A stretch of 61,030 bases of DNA, filler included, from Bacteriovoracaceae bacterium (lineage in GTDB: Bacteria; Bdellovibrionota; Bacteriovoracia; Bacteriovoracales; Bacteriovoracaceae): NCBI GenBank assembly GCA_018649885.1. It is 5 parts of 5 records of this genome, joined end to end, with 100 filler letters (N's around TTAATTAATTAA, not from the genome) between each part and the next. Parts side by side here need not be neighbours in the genome. Positions count along the whole stretch, not along the records: positions 28,064 to 49,824 come from JABIHA010000119.1; positions 49,925 to 61,030 come from JABIHA010000123.1; 3 more parts are not named here. One strand, 5' to 3'. Made by a program: the position numbers and the translations under genes. The notes beneath the pieces are model-generated. The model did not search any database. It saw only the letters and a program-made list of their open reading frames with translations, and was not told where the DNA came from. Shown in pieces: positions 40,050-50,071 of the stretch; the first letter of the stretch is position 1; the number at the start of each line of letters is the position of its first letter.

Positions 40050-40345
40050 ACTGACCCTTTTTAAAGTTTTGATATATTTTAGGCCTACAAGAGACGGAAT
40101 CCAACGATTTTCTTTTGAGTCAAAGTTCAAAATCTAAGGCCAACGCAAACCCCTTTTTTAGCGGAAATGTTGGTCGTTCTAGAGCAGAATCACCTGGATT
40201 TATTAAGATCTCTTTAACAAATACCAAGCCGCAGCGTTTCGTTTCATTGTATTAGCGCCTCGCGTTTGCATGATGCCCCGGCCATTGGTAAACCTATTAT
40301 CTTGAAATTTTGAATACTGCATTTAAATATACCGTGGGGGCCTTC

Positions 40346-41845
40346 ATGAGTGAGTTTGTACAAAACTTTATAGATGGGGATTTCATTCCATCGACTGCTA
40401 AAGATTTTTTCAACGTTATCAATCCTGCAACTGATAAGCTCATTGCAAAAACTCCTATGGGAGGTAGTGCGGATGTAGAGCTGGCAGTGAAAAAAGCACA
40501 AGCGGCTTTTGAGAGCTGGAAAGATCTTCCAGTCATCGACCGAGTCCAACCGCTATTCAAATTAAAAGCTCTTCTCGAACAAAACTGTGAAGAGATATCT
40601 ACTCTAATAGTTAAAGAACATGGAAAGACATTCAAAGAGGCCATGGGCGATATCCTGAGAGGGATTCAAATGGTCGAAGTGGCCTGTGGAATGCCTTCTA
40701 TGATGATGGGAGAAGGCCAGGCCAATATTGCCGCTGGCATAGACTGCACAACAACAAGAAGACCTATGGGTGTTTTTGCGGCCATTACTCCCTTTAATTT
40801 TCCAGCAATGGTTCCTTTTTGGTTTTGGCCTTTTGCAGTGGCCTCTGGAAACACTTTTGTGCTTAAGCCATCTGAACGAGTGCCCATGACACAAATGAAG
40901 ATATTTGAGCTGATCTCTCAATGTGGCTTTCCTAAAGGTGTCATCAATATGGTTCACGGTGGAGCTGAGGTAGTTAATGCTCTTTGTGACCACCCTCAAA
41001 TAAAAGGTTTAAGCTTTGTTGGCTCAACCCCTATTGCAAAGCACGTCTACACCAGAGGTGGTGGCAACGGGAAAAGAGTTCAGGCCCTTGGTGGCGCCAA
41101 AAACTTTATGGTGATGCTACCTGATGCAGAGATTGATCAGTCAGTAAAAGCAATGGTAGATTCAAGTTATGGATGCGCAGGAGAGAGATGCCTTGCTGGC
41201 TCCGTTTTAATTGGAGTGGGCGAAGCTTACCCAAAATTAAAAGATCAAATCTTAAAAGAAGTTCAAAATGTTGTGGTCGGAGATGGACTTGATAGAAAAA
41301 CCACTCTTGGACCAGTCATATCGGCTGAGGCCAAAGCACGCATTACAAAAGACATTACTAGTGCTGTAGCTGAAGGTGCAGAATTACTTGTTGATGGAAG
41401 AAATACGACAGTAGCAGGATATGAAGATGGTTACTTCATGGGGCCAACAGTTTTAGATAAAATCAAACCTGGTACTCTCATGGCCACCAAAGAAATTTTT
41501 GGTCCAGTCATTGGACTTATGCATCTTGAAACTCTTGAAGAGGCGATCGAGATGATTAATAGCTCAAACTACGCTAACACCACTTCTCTGTTTACCAATA
41601 ATGGAGGAGCGGCCAGAAAATTCATTGCAAATGTAAGCCCCTCCATGGTGGGGGTAAATCTCGGGGTACCAGCACCAATGGCATTTTTTAGTTTTGGTGG
41701 CAGCAAGGACTCATTTTTTGGAGATATCAAGGCCCATGGAAATTCATCTATTGAGTTTTTTACAGAAAAACACACAGCAATGATCCGTTGGTATGAAAGT
41801 GGCATAGAGCAAGCAGTAAGCCCCATGTGGTCAGAATCAAATTAG
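40346..41845 (+). CDS. mmsA: CoA-acylating (methyl)malonate-semialdehyde dehydrogenase
   Basis: ITPFNFPAMVP.W, SFVGSTP.A, KRVQALGGAKN, AGERCLA, VGVNLGVPAP.AFFSFGG. Confidence 0.93.
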   Translation: MSEFVQNFIDGDFIPSTAKDFFNVINPATDKLIAKTPMGGSADVELAVKKAQAAFESWKDLPVIDRVQPLFKLKALLEQNCEEISTLIVKEHGKTFKEAMGDILRGIQMVEVACGMPSMMMGEGQANIAAGIDCTTTRRPMGVFAAITPFNFPAMVPFWFWPFAVASGNTFVLKPSERVPMTQMKIFELISQCGFPKGVINMVHGGAEVVNALCDHPQIKGLSFVGSTPIAKHVYTRGGGNGKRVQALGGAKNFMVMLPDAEIDQSVKAMVDSSYGCAGERCLAGSVLIGVGEAYPKLKDQILKEVQNVVVGDGLDRKTTLGPVISAEAKARITKDITSAVAEGAELLVDGRNTTVAGYEDGYFMGPTVLDKIKPGTLMATKEIFGPVIGLMHLETLEEAIEMINSSNYANTTSLFTNNGGAARKFIANVSPSMVGVNLGVPAPMAFFSFGGSKDSFFGDIKAHGNSSIEFFTEKHTAMIRWYESGIEQAVSPMWSESN

Positions 41846-41872
41846 AAAACCTTGTAAAAAAAGGAATACGAT

Positions 41873-43267
41873 ATGAAAAAAACACTTATTAAAAATGGAC
41901 ACATTTGGAGTGCAGTAGACGACTTCTTTGGGGATATTCTCGTAGAAGGTGACAAGATTGTTGCCATGGGAAAAGATCTTGCTAAGTCCTATTCTGCTGA
42001 TGAAGTCATCGACGCTGAAGGGCACTACATCTTTCCAGGTGGAATTGATGCTCACACTCATATGGAACTTCCTTTTATGGGAACCAAAGCTGCCGATGAC
42101 TTTGAAACGGGCACACTTGCTGGTCTTCACGGTGGTACAACTTCTATCATCGACTTTGCCATACAAACCCAAGGCAACTCACTAAGCGATTGTGTCAATA
42201 CATGGCATGAAAAAGCTGGTGGCAAATCAGTGGGCGATTACGCCTTTCATTGTGCAGTTACTGATTACAATGAAAAGACTGCAAAAGAGATACCAGGACT
42301 CATTGCCGGAGGTATCACATCATTTAAAACTTTCATGGCCTATAAAGGCGCATTGATGATTGATGACCGCATGATGCTCGGTCTAATGGGTACTGTTAAA
42401 GAACATGGTGGTCTGGTAACAGTTCATGCCGAAAATGGCGATATTGTTGATACCATGGTCGACCACTATAAGTCTCAAGGCCTTCTGTCTCCAAAATATC
42501 ACGCCCTGGCCCACCCTCCTGAAGCTGAAGGCGAAGCAGTTAGTCGTGTAATGGATTTGGCCCACTACAAAGACTCTCCTGTTTATATTGTTCACACAAG
42601 TTGTCGTGACTCTCTTGAGAGAATTAAAAAGAATTTTTTAAGAGATCAAAGAGTATTTGTAGAAACATGTGCTCAATATCTTCTTCTGGATGATAGCGTC
42701 TACGACAAACCTAATTTTGAAGGTGCCAAATATGTTATGTCACCACCCATTAGAAAAAAAGATGATCAAGCAGCTCTATGGAGCTCTCTTCAGTGTGGTC
42801 ATGTTCACACAGTTGCAACTGATCACTGCCCCTTTAATTTCCACGGTCAAAAAGATATGGGAAAAGATGACTTTAGCAAAATTCCAAATGGAGCTGCTGG
42901 CATCGAGCATAGAATGGAGCTTATCTTCTCTGAAGGTGTGAAGACAGGACGAATCACTATGAATAAATTTGTTGAGGTGATGTGCTCAAATCCTGCAAGC
43001 ATTTTCGGCCTTGATAAAAAAGGAACTCTCGGTATTGGAAAAGATGCAGATATTGTCATCTTTGATCCCAATCAAAAACACACAATCTCTTCCAAGTCCC
43101 ACCACCACAATGTTGATAGCTCAATTTTTGAAGGTTGGGAGTTAACTGGAAAAGTGAGAACTGTGCTTTCAAGAGGGAAAGTTGTCGTCAGAGATGGCGC
43201 GGCTGACCAAGTTGAAAGAGGTCAAGGTGAATTTTTAAAACGTAAACCATTTAATTATAGTCTCTAA
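41873..43267 (+). CDS. hydA: Dihydropyrimidinase
   Basis: PGGIDAHTH, GGTTSIIDF, SFKTFMAYK, VHAENG, VATDHCPF, IPNG..GIE.R. Confidence 0.95.
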   Translation: MKKTLIKNGHIWSAVDDFFGDILVEGDKIVAMGKDLAKSYSADEVIDAEGHYIFPGGIDAHTHMELPFMGTKAADDFETGTLAGLHGGTTSIIDFAIQTQGNSLSDCVNTWHEKAGGKSVGDYAFHCAVTDYNEKTAKEIPGLIAGGITSFKTFMAYKGALMIDDRMMLGLMGTVKEHGGLVTVHAENGDIVDTMVDHYKSQGLLSPKYHALAHPPEAEGEAVSRVMDLAHYKDSPVYIVHTSCRDSLERIKKNFLRDQRVFVETCAQYLLLDDSVYDKPNFEGAKYVMSPPIRKKDDQAALWSSLQCGHVHTVATDHCPFNFHGQKDMGKDDFSKIPNGAAGIEHRMELIFSEGVKTGRITMNKFVEVMCSNPASIFGLDKKGTLGIGKDADIVIFDPNQKHTISSKSHHHNVDSSIFEGWELTGKVRTVLSRGKVVVRDGAADQVERGQGEFLKRKPFNYSL

Positions 43268-43283
43268 TTGTAAGGAGTTTAAA

Positions 43284-44159
43284 ATGAACAGAAATGTAAA
43301 ATGTGGAATTATCCAAATGGCCAACAAGGTGGCCACAGATAGACCTTGTGAAGAGCATAGAGCAGGAATGCTTGAAGCTCACCTCCCCTATATTAGGGAA
43401 GCAGCTGAAAAAGGTGTAAAAATCTTATGCTTTCAAGAAGTTTTCACAGGCCCCTACTTTTGTCCTTCACAAGACACAAAGTGGTACGGACTTGCAGAAA
43501 AAATTCCTGAAGGACCTACGACTCAGAAAATGATGGCCATGGCAAAAGAGCACGATATGGTCATTATCGTTCCAATCTATGAAGAAGAAATGCCAGGTGT
43601 TTATTATAACACTGCTGCTGTTATCGATGCTGATGGAACTTACCTTGGTAAGTACAGAAAAAATCACATCCCACAAGTAGCAGGTTTCTGGGAAAAATTC
43701 TTCTTCAAGCCAGGAAATACAAACTACCCAGTATTTAAAACCAAGTATGCCACTGTTGGTGTCTATATTTGTTATGACCGTCACTTCCCAGATGGTGCCA
43801 GATGTCTTGGACTCTCTGGAGCAGAAATTGTCTTCAATCCCTCTGCAACTGTCGCAGGCCTTTCTGAGTACCTATGGAAGCTAGAGCAACCAGCTCACGC
43901 TGTGGCCAATGGATATTTTATTGCTGCCATCAACAGAGTTGGTACAGAAGGTCCTTGGGATATTGGTGAATTCTATGGTCAATCCTATTTTTGTAATCCA
44001 AGAGGTCAGATTATTTCAGAAGGTTCAAGAGACCAGGATGAATTAATCACAGCAGATCTCGATTTGGATATGATCAAAGAAGTGAGAGATCTTTGGCAAT
44101 TTTACAGAGATAGAAGACCTGAAACTTATACTCAACTTACAGATTTAAACGAAAGATAA
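43284..44159 (+). CDS. Beta-ureidopropionase (nitrilase superfamily)
   Basis: E-K-C triad (FQEVF, YRKNHIP, ICYDRHFP), FYRDRRPE; operon context. Confidence 0.9.
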   Translation: MNRNVKCGIIQMANKVATDRPCEEHRAGMLEAHLPYIREAAEKGVKILCFQEVFTGPYFCPSQDTKWYGLAEKIPEGPTTQKMMAMAKEHDMVIIVPIYEEEMPGVYYNTAAVIDADGTYLGKYRKNHIPQVAGFWEKFFFKPGNTNYPVFKTKYATVGVYICYDRHFPDGARCLGLSGAEIVFNPSATVAGLSEYLWKLEQPAHAVANGYFIAAINRVGTEGPWDIGEFYGQSYFCNPRGQIISEGSRDQDELITADLDLDMIKEVRDLWQFYRDRRPETYTQLTDLNER

Positions 44160-44173
44160 AACAGGAGTTTGGC

Positions 44174-45475
44174 ATGGAAACGAACGACAGTATCTTACAG
44201 AAAAGACAAAAGTACCTCTACCCTACTAAGGTTCCCTATTACAGTGAGCCTATTCATCTAACCAAAGCTTCTGGAAGCTATGTGTGGGACGAAAGTGGAA
44301 ATAAGTACTTGGATGTTATTGGAGGAATTGTTTCTATTTCAGTAGGACACAATCATCCAAAGATTGTCGCAAGAGCTAAGAAAATGCTTGACGAGGGTGC
44401 CATTCAACACACCACCTTTCTCTATCTGTCAGAGTACATGCCAAGACTTGCAGAAAAATTATCAAATGTAGCACCTGGAGATTTATCTAAGTGCTACTTT
44501 ACCAACTCTGGTTCAGAGGCCAACGAAATGGCCGTACTTACTGCCAGAGTGGCCACCAAGGAAAATATGGTCGTGGCACTTAGGCACGGCTATCACGGTG
44601 GCACCAGTACTCCTCTCAGTCTTTGCGGACACAGTACTTGGAAATTTAGCTCTCAACCTCAAAGTGGTGTTACACACGCCCAGGCCCCCAATTGCTACCG
44701 CTGCCCTTTTGGTCAAGAAAAAGACAACTGTAGTCTTGAGTGCGCCGAAGATGTTAAAGAAGTTATTGAAACAACAACAAATGGAAAAATTGCTGCTGCT
44801 ATCATTGAGCCCATCTTAGGAGTAGGTGGATTTATTGATGCCCCTACTGACTACCACAAAAGAGTTTATGAAATAGTTAAAAGCTTTGGTGGACTCTACA
44901 TTTCTGACGAAGTCCAAACAGGTGTAGGAAGAACTGGAAAAAACTTCTTTGCCATCGCCGATTCAGGCGTAGTGCCTGATCTTATTACCATGGCCAAGGG
45001 CCTCGGTAATGGAGCCCCAATTGGAGCTGTCATAACAAAGTCTGAACATGCAGAAACATTACGCGGAAAACTTCACTTTAACACCTTCGGAGGCGACCCC
45101 TTTCAAGCGATGCAAGCAGGTGAAGTAATAGATATTATCGAAGAAGAAAAATTAATCCAAAACGCAGATACCATGGGACGCTACCTTAAAGAGGGATTTA
45201 TCGGGCTGATGAAAGACTATCAAATCATTGGTGATGTTAGAGGCAGAGGACTCTTAATGGGAATGGAGATGGTTACAGATAGAAAATCTAAAAACCCTGC
45301 AAGTGCAGAGTGTGCCAAATTGATGGAGCTTTGCAAGGATCAAAATATATTGATTGGAAAAGGTGGGCTCTACGGCAACGTTGTCAGAATAGCGCCAAGT
45401 CTATCCATTACAAAAAGTGAATGCGACGAACTTCTCACAGGTATGGCAGTGGCATTTGAAAAATTAACTAAATAA
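44174..45475 (+). CDS. Class III aminotransferase (AGXT2/PYD4-like; beta-alanine transaminase by context)
   Basis: NSGSEANE, GYHG, DEVQTG.GRTG, TMAKGLGNG.P, HFNTFGG. Confidence 0.88.
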   Translation: METNDSILQKRQKYLYPTKVPYYSEPIHLTKASGSYVWDESGNKYLDVIGGIVSISVGHNHPKIVARAKKMLDEGAIQHTTFLYLSEYMPRLAEKLSNVAPGDLSKCYFTNSGSEANEMAVLTARVATKENMVVALRHGYHGGTSTPLSLCGHSTWKFSSQPQSGVTHAQAPNCYRCPFGQEKDNCSLECAEDVKEVIETTTNGKIAAAIIEPILGVGGFIDAPTDYHKRVYEIVKSFGGLYISDEVQTGVGRTGKNFFAIADSGVVPDLITMAKGLGNGAPIGAVITKSEHAETLRGKLHFNTFGGDPFQAMQAGEVIDIIEEEKLIQNADTMGRYLKEGFIGLMKDYQIIGDVRGRGLLMGMEMVTDRKSKNPASAECAKLMELCKDQNILIGKGGLYGNVVRIAPSLSITKSECDELLTGMAVAFEKLTK

Positions 45476-45495
45476 ATAATTAAGGAGAATAAAAA

Positions 45496-46971
45496 GTGGG
45501 AAACCTATCAAACGAAGACTTGGCACCAGTTCCCGAAGGGAAAAGAACCTGGGGCGCAATTAACTACTTCTCTCTATGGGTTGGAATGGCAGTTTGCATT
45601 CCCTCGTATATGATAGCGGCCAGCTTGATAACCGCTGGGATGAGCTTACTTCAAGCAGTCTCATGCGTATTTCTAGGCAACCTCATTGTCCTAATCCCTA
45701 TGCTATTAAATGGTAAACCTGGCGCTAAATACGGAATTCCTTATCCTGTATTTGCAAGAGCAAGTTTTGGTACGTTAGGCTCAAATATTCCTGCACTTCT
45801 AAGAGCAGTTGTTGCCTGCGGATGGTTTGGCATTCAAACCTGGATTGGAGGAATGGCAGTGATGGCCGTGATCTCTAGTTTCTGGCCGGGATTTTTAGAG
45901 CTTCCCAATATCTTACCACTATGGATGGGAACAACGACAGCTCCCTTTATTAGCTTTCTTATATTTTGGGCCGTGAATGTCTTTATTATTATAAGAGGTG
46001 TTCAAACAATTAAGTTCATTGAAACTGCTTCTGCGCCACTGCTACTTCTTTCAGGCGTAGCACTTTTATATTGGGCCACAAGTAAAGTGGGAAGTACTTC
46101 AGGAGGATTCTTCTATGGCCTCGACAGACTACTAGAGCAGCCTTCAAAATTTAAAACTTCTGCTGAGTTTTGGGCAGTCTTTATTCCAAGTTTAACTGGG
46201 ATGGTTGGATTTTGGGCAACAATGAGTCTCAATATTCCTGACTTTACAAGATATGCAAAAAATCAAAGAGCTCAACTTCTAGGCCAAGTCTTTGGACTTC
46301 CCACAACCATGACCCTCTTTGCTTTAATTGGAGTAATGGTCACCAATGCCACTGTTATCATCTACGGCACTGCCATTTGGGATCCAGTCCAAGTTATTCA
46401 AAAATTTGATAGCAGCGTAGTCCTACTTGTTTCAATGGTGGTTATTACCATCGCTACATTATCAACAAATGTGGCTGCCAATGTTGTAGGGCCTGCCAAT
46501 GATTTTTCTAATGCCTACCCATCAAAAATTAACTTTAGAAGAGGCGGACTTTTAACCGCCTTTATCGGTATATTCATGATGCCTTGGAAGCTGATTGCTG
46601 ACCCACAAGGATATATATTTACTTGGCTGATTGGTTACTCTTCTCTTTTAGGTCCTATCGGTGGAATTTTAATTGCTGATTATTTTATACTTAGAAAGCA
46701 AACATTGAAAGTTGAAGACCTCTACAAGAAAGATGGTGAATACACCTATTACAAAGGCTTTAACTTTGCAGCGATATTTGCCTTTGTCATCGGGGTGATC
46801 CCCAACGTCCCAGGCTTTCTCTATCAAATAAAAGTGCTGGATTCCATTTCTCCCACATTTAAAACCATTTATAGCTATGCCTGGTTTGTAGGTCTTCCTA
46901 CTGCTGGGATTGTCTATCTTGTCTTAATGAAACTAGCTGATGCCAAACAAAAAGAGGTGGCCCATGTCTAA
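45496..46971 (+). CDS. NCS1 nucleobase:cation symporter
   Basis: GAKYGIPYPVFARASFG, ACGWFGIQTW, LNIPDFTRY; ~12 TM segments. Confidence 0.94.
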   Translation: MGNLSNEDLAPVPEGKRTWGAINYFSLWVGMAVCIPSYMIAASLITAGMSLLQAVSCVFLGNLIVLIPMLLNGKPGAKYGIPYPVFARASFGTLGSNIPALLRAVVACGWFGIQTWIGGMAVMAVISSFWPGFLELPNILPLWMGTTTAPFISFLIFWAVNVFIIIRGVQTIKFIETASAPLLLLSGVALLYWATSKVGSTSGGFFYGLDRLLEQPSKFKTSAEFWAVFIPSLTGMVGFWATMSLNIPDFTRYAKNQRAQLLGQVFGLPTTMTLFALIGVMVTNATVIIYGTAIWDPVQVIQKFDSSVVLLVSMVVITIATLSTNVAANVVGPANDFSNAYPSKINFRRGGLLTAFIGIFMMPWKLIADPQGYIFTWLIGYSSLLGPIGGILIADYFILRKQTLKVEDLYKKDGEYTYYKGFNFAAIFAFVIGVIPNVPGFLYQIKVLDSISPTFKTIYSYAWFVGLPTAGIVYLVLMKLADAKQKEVAHV

Positions 46972-48055
46972 AAATAAATTAGAGTGTTACTCAAACGGTG
47001 TATATTTTGAAAACCCATTTCTCGTGGGCTCAGGTCCTCCCTCCACAAATGCTAAAGTCATAGCGAGGTCATTTGATGCTGGCTGGGGTGGCTCAGTAAT
47101 AAAAACACTAAGCCTTGATCATACTAAAGTTAAAAATATTGCCCCTCGATATGGTCAGTACAAAGTAGACGGAAAGTGCATTGGCTTTACCAATAATGAG
47201 CTAATCACAGATAGACCTTTAAGTGTGTGGCTTGAAGAAATAAGAGAGCTTAAAAAAAGGTACCCCTCAAAGGTACTGATAGGCTCTATTATGGAAGAGC
47301 CCACTAGAGAGAATTGGCAAGAGCTTACAGAAAAGGTCTGTAAGGCAGGTGTTGATATAATTGAGCTCAACCTTTCTTGTCCACACGGGATGCCCGAAAG
47401 AAAAATGGGACAGGCCATGGGGCAATGCCCAGAGGTAGTCTCTGATGTCACTTCATGGGTAAAGGAAGTCTCAACAGTTCCGGTTTGGGCGAAGATGACT
47501 CCCAATATTACCGATATTACTATTCCCGCAGCTGCTGCTCTAAAAGCAGGAGCAGATGGCCTTACCGCCATTAATACAATTTTGTCAGTGTCGGGAATTG
47601 ATCTCAAAACTTTTAAACCTGTTCCCAATGTCAAAGGCGTTTCGGCCTTTGGAGGGTATTCATATAAAGCTGTTAAGCCAATTGGTCTTAGAATGGTGGG
47701 AGAGCTTGCAATGGCCTTCCCAAAAGTAGAAATCTCAGGAGTTGGTGGAATTGTTGATGGCCAGTCATCGGCAGAATACCTTTGTATGGGTTCATCAACA
47801 CTTCAGGTGTGTACTGCTATTATGCTCGATGGATTCAAAATTATAGGTGCACTTAAATCTGAGTTAGAAGCAGTTCTAGACCAACATGGAATGGAAAATG
47901 TCCATGAGCTGAAAGCAAAATCTCTTGAGTTTTTTGGTACTATGGAAGAAATGGCAAAAAGACTTGAGGCCTCTAAACAAAAAACCAAGGCCCACACTGA
48001 CCACTTTGAAGGTGACAATATTGTTGAAGTTTCAAAGCAATTGACCCTAGATTAG
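46964..48055 (+). CDS. preA: Dihydropyrimidine dehydrogenase FMN subunit (PreA/PYD1-like) lacking the C-terminal ferredoxin domain
   Basis: NPF..GSGPP, ELNLSCPHGM.ER.MG, WAKMTPNITDI, AINT, GGYS.KAVKPI; no CxxCxxC motifs. Confidence 0.88.
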   Translation: MSKNKLECYSNGVYFENPFLVGSGPPSTNAKVIARSFDAGWGGSVIKTLSLDHTKVKNIAPRYGQYKVDGKCIGFTNNELITDRPLSVWLEEIRELKKRYPSKVLIGSIMEEPTRENWQELTEKVCKAGVDIIELNLSCPHGMPERKMGQAMGQCPEVVSDVTSWVKEVSTVPVWAKMTPNITDITIPAAAALKAGADGLTAINTILSVSGIDLKTFKPVPNVKGVSAFGGYSYKAVKPIGLRMVGELAMAFPKVEISGVGGIVDGQSSAEYLCMGSSTLQVCTAIMLDGFKIIGALKSELEAVLDQHGMENVHELKAKSLEFFGTMEEMAKRLEASKQKTKAHTDHFEGDNIVEVSKQLTLD

Positions 48056-48072
48056 AAAATATTGGCATATAT

Positions 48073-48097
48073 AATGGGCGGTTTCAGGCCGCCCATT
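48073..48097. terminator. Hairpin closing the pyrimidine operon
   Basis: aatgggcggt-ttca-ggccgcccatt. Confidence 0.6.
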
Positions 48098-48177
48098 CAA
48101 ATAAACTCTATGTAAACACCCTAAGACAGCTCTTAAAGATATTCCATTTATAATGAGGCTAACTAATAGGAGTTACT

Positions 48178-48966
48178 ATGGGTGAGCCCGCTAGAAAAAT
48201 GGACCATCAAGCCGATGCAAAACCTCAAGTCGAGGACCCTCTTAAGACCACTTCAGATGTACCTGGGATTGGTGGAGTCGTCGAAGGTCTCATGAGAAAG
48301 TACAGAATGGGCGTGATGGTAGCGATGCTGGCCCCGATAGGTTTTCTCTATGCATTTTGTATAGGTGCTTCTATGACTCCAGGTGTTTTTATAGTTTTAA
48401 ATATTTGGAATTTAACTCAGGACTTACCCATATGGGCGCAGGCCATATGCCTGGGTCTGTCCCTAGGGCCTGCATTTATTCTCTTTGCCCTAACATTGAT
48501 TTTTGTAGTACCTCTAGTCAATTTTCTTCTGCCTTTTAGAGTCAAGCCATCTAGGGGAACTTGGTTTAGTCTAGTCAATATTCCCTGGTACTATCACAAT
48601 GCTCTAACCTATTTAGTCAGATATACAGTCTTAGATTTCATGACCCCTACACCATTGAATCTAATGTTTTTTCGAATGATGGGCATGAAAATTGGAAAAG
48701 GGACAATGATTAACACCTCAAATATCTCCGATCCTGGTCTTATTACGCTGGGTGATCACGTGACAATAGGAGGCTCAGTCACCCTATTTGCTCACTATGG
48801 AATGAAAGGTTATCTGATTGTTTCAAGAACTCATATTGACGACAACACAACCATAGGACTCAGGGCCAGTATATTTGGTGATGTGGTCATTGGAAAACGA
48901 TGTATGATTCCTGCTGGTACTGTACTGATGCCAAAGACACGTATCCCTGACAAGGAAGCGGCTTAA
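48178..48966 (+). CDS. Membrane-anchored hexapeptide-repeat (LbH) acyltransferase-like protein
   Basis: TM segments, then GMKIGKGT.I...D..LITLGD.VTIG...IG.RA.I..DV.IG. Confidence 0.8.
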   Translation: MGEPARKMDHQADAKPQVEDPLKTTSDVPGIGGVVEGLMRKYRMGVMVAMLAPIGFLYAFCIGASMTPGVFIVLNIWNLTQDLPIWAQAICLGLSLGPAFILFALTLIFVVPLVNFLLPFRVKPSRGTWFSLVNIPWYYHNALTYLVRYTVLDFMTPTPLNLMFFRMMGMKIGKGTMINTSNISDPGLITLGDHVTIGGSVTLFAHYGMKGYLIVSRTHIDDNTTIGLRASIFGDVVIGKRCMIPAGTVLMPKTRIPDKEAA

Positions 48967-49111
48967 TCATTTTTTAATGAAGCCTCCCTATCCTCCCAGG
49001 CCGTAGAGTAAGCATTTAAAGTTTATTCTCTTAAATGACGAAACGAATATGAGAGGATTGAATAAAAGTATTCTTCCGCAAAATTAAACAAAATATTAGG
49101 AGTTATTTGCA

Positions 49112-49558
49112 ATGAGGTTATTATTAATATCGTTGGCATTTCTCATACCCTACGGCTCTTTTGCCAAGCCCCAAATTAAGGCAAATTCAAATGGAAAGAT
49201 CCATGGGAAAGTTAAAAAACGAGTAAGAATCAATACAGTATGTCGCTTAGATGACGGACAGCTGACAATAAAAGGCCTTGTTCAATTGGGCAAAAAAAAT
49301 AAGGTGATTTCACATGGCCTAAAATTTAAATGGAAAAATTCTCATGGCACAAAAAAAACAAATGTCATGAAACCAGGAAAAAAGAACGGAAAAACCAATT
49401 TTCATGCAGGAATTCTAAGCAATGGAGTAATTTATCACTTTCTCTACTATCCAGGGTTGGGCAAAGTTACAAGGTCTTACGTTAATACTGGAGGAGGTGG
49501 CGCAGCTATGTCTGATGTCAGGTGCGATCAAAAATACCGAAGCTTTCTAAACAAATAA
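49112..49558 (+). CDS. Secreted basic hypothetical protein
   Basis: AGGAG RBS, signal peptide ending SFA. Confidence 0.72.
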   Translation: MRLLLISLAFLIPYGSFAKPQIKANSNGKIHGKVKKRVRINTVCRLDDGQLTIKGLVQLGKKNKVISHGLKFKWKNSHGTKKTNVMKPGKKNGKTNFHAGILSNGVIYHFLYYPGLGKVTRSYVNTGGGGAAMSDVRCDQKYRSFLNK

Positions 49559-49572
49559 AAGGTGCCAGGCAC

Positions 49573-49824
49573 GAATGCTGCTAACTTAAGAACCATCATC
49601 TAGGCTACCTTGCCCTTTGAAAGGCCCTGGTGGCCACTTCTTCGAGAATATCCCCATTCTTGTTTTTTTGCATTTTTCCGGTTCGTTGTTAGTAAACAAT
49701 ATCGACTGTTTCTTTTTTTTACGGCCCTAGGTTCTCTTCGATATTTTGCATTTAATATTTCAGTTTTTAGAAGGAGAATGACATCTATAAGAGCCTTTTC
49801 TCCCATTCCAAGTACAACATTTGA
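49573..49824 (-). mobile_element. Right end of an IS4-family element with transposase C-terminus (stop at 49600)
   Basis: RREPRAVKKR...Y..L motif; terminal GAATGCTGCTAACTTAAG resembles the IS4 inverted repeat. Confidence 0.8.
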
Positions 49825-49924
49825 NNNNNNNNNNNNNNNNNNNNNNNNNNNNNNNNNNNNNNNNNNNNTTAATTAATTAANNNNNNNNNNNNNNNNNNNN
49901 NNNNNNNNNNNNNNNNNNNNNNNN
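49825..49924. other. Artificial contig spacer
   Basis: N-TTAATTAATTAA-N. Confidence 0.98.
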
Positions 49925-50071
49925 ACCAGCTGCAATGTTTTTTAGATCATCAAATGACATATTAAAATATTGGCAGAAAAGTTACGCTTGGCCAAATAAT
50001 ATGAATGACATAGAGCCGCACCGGCGAAAAAGCCTGGTGGGTTCAACAATTTATTGGGCAGTTACGTTTCT

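Noticed and set aside
40135..40345. Riboswitch upstream of the pyrimidine operon
   Set aside because: Somewhat GC-rich with a weak ggccaac/gttggtc stem, but no recognisable aptamer or terminator; cannot be supported without an Rfam search
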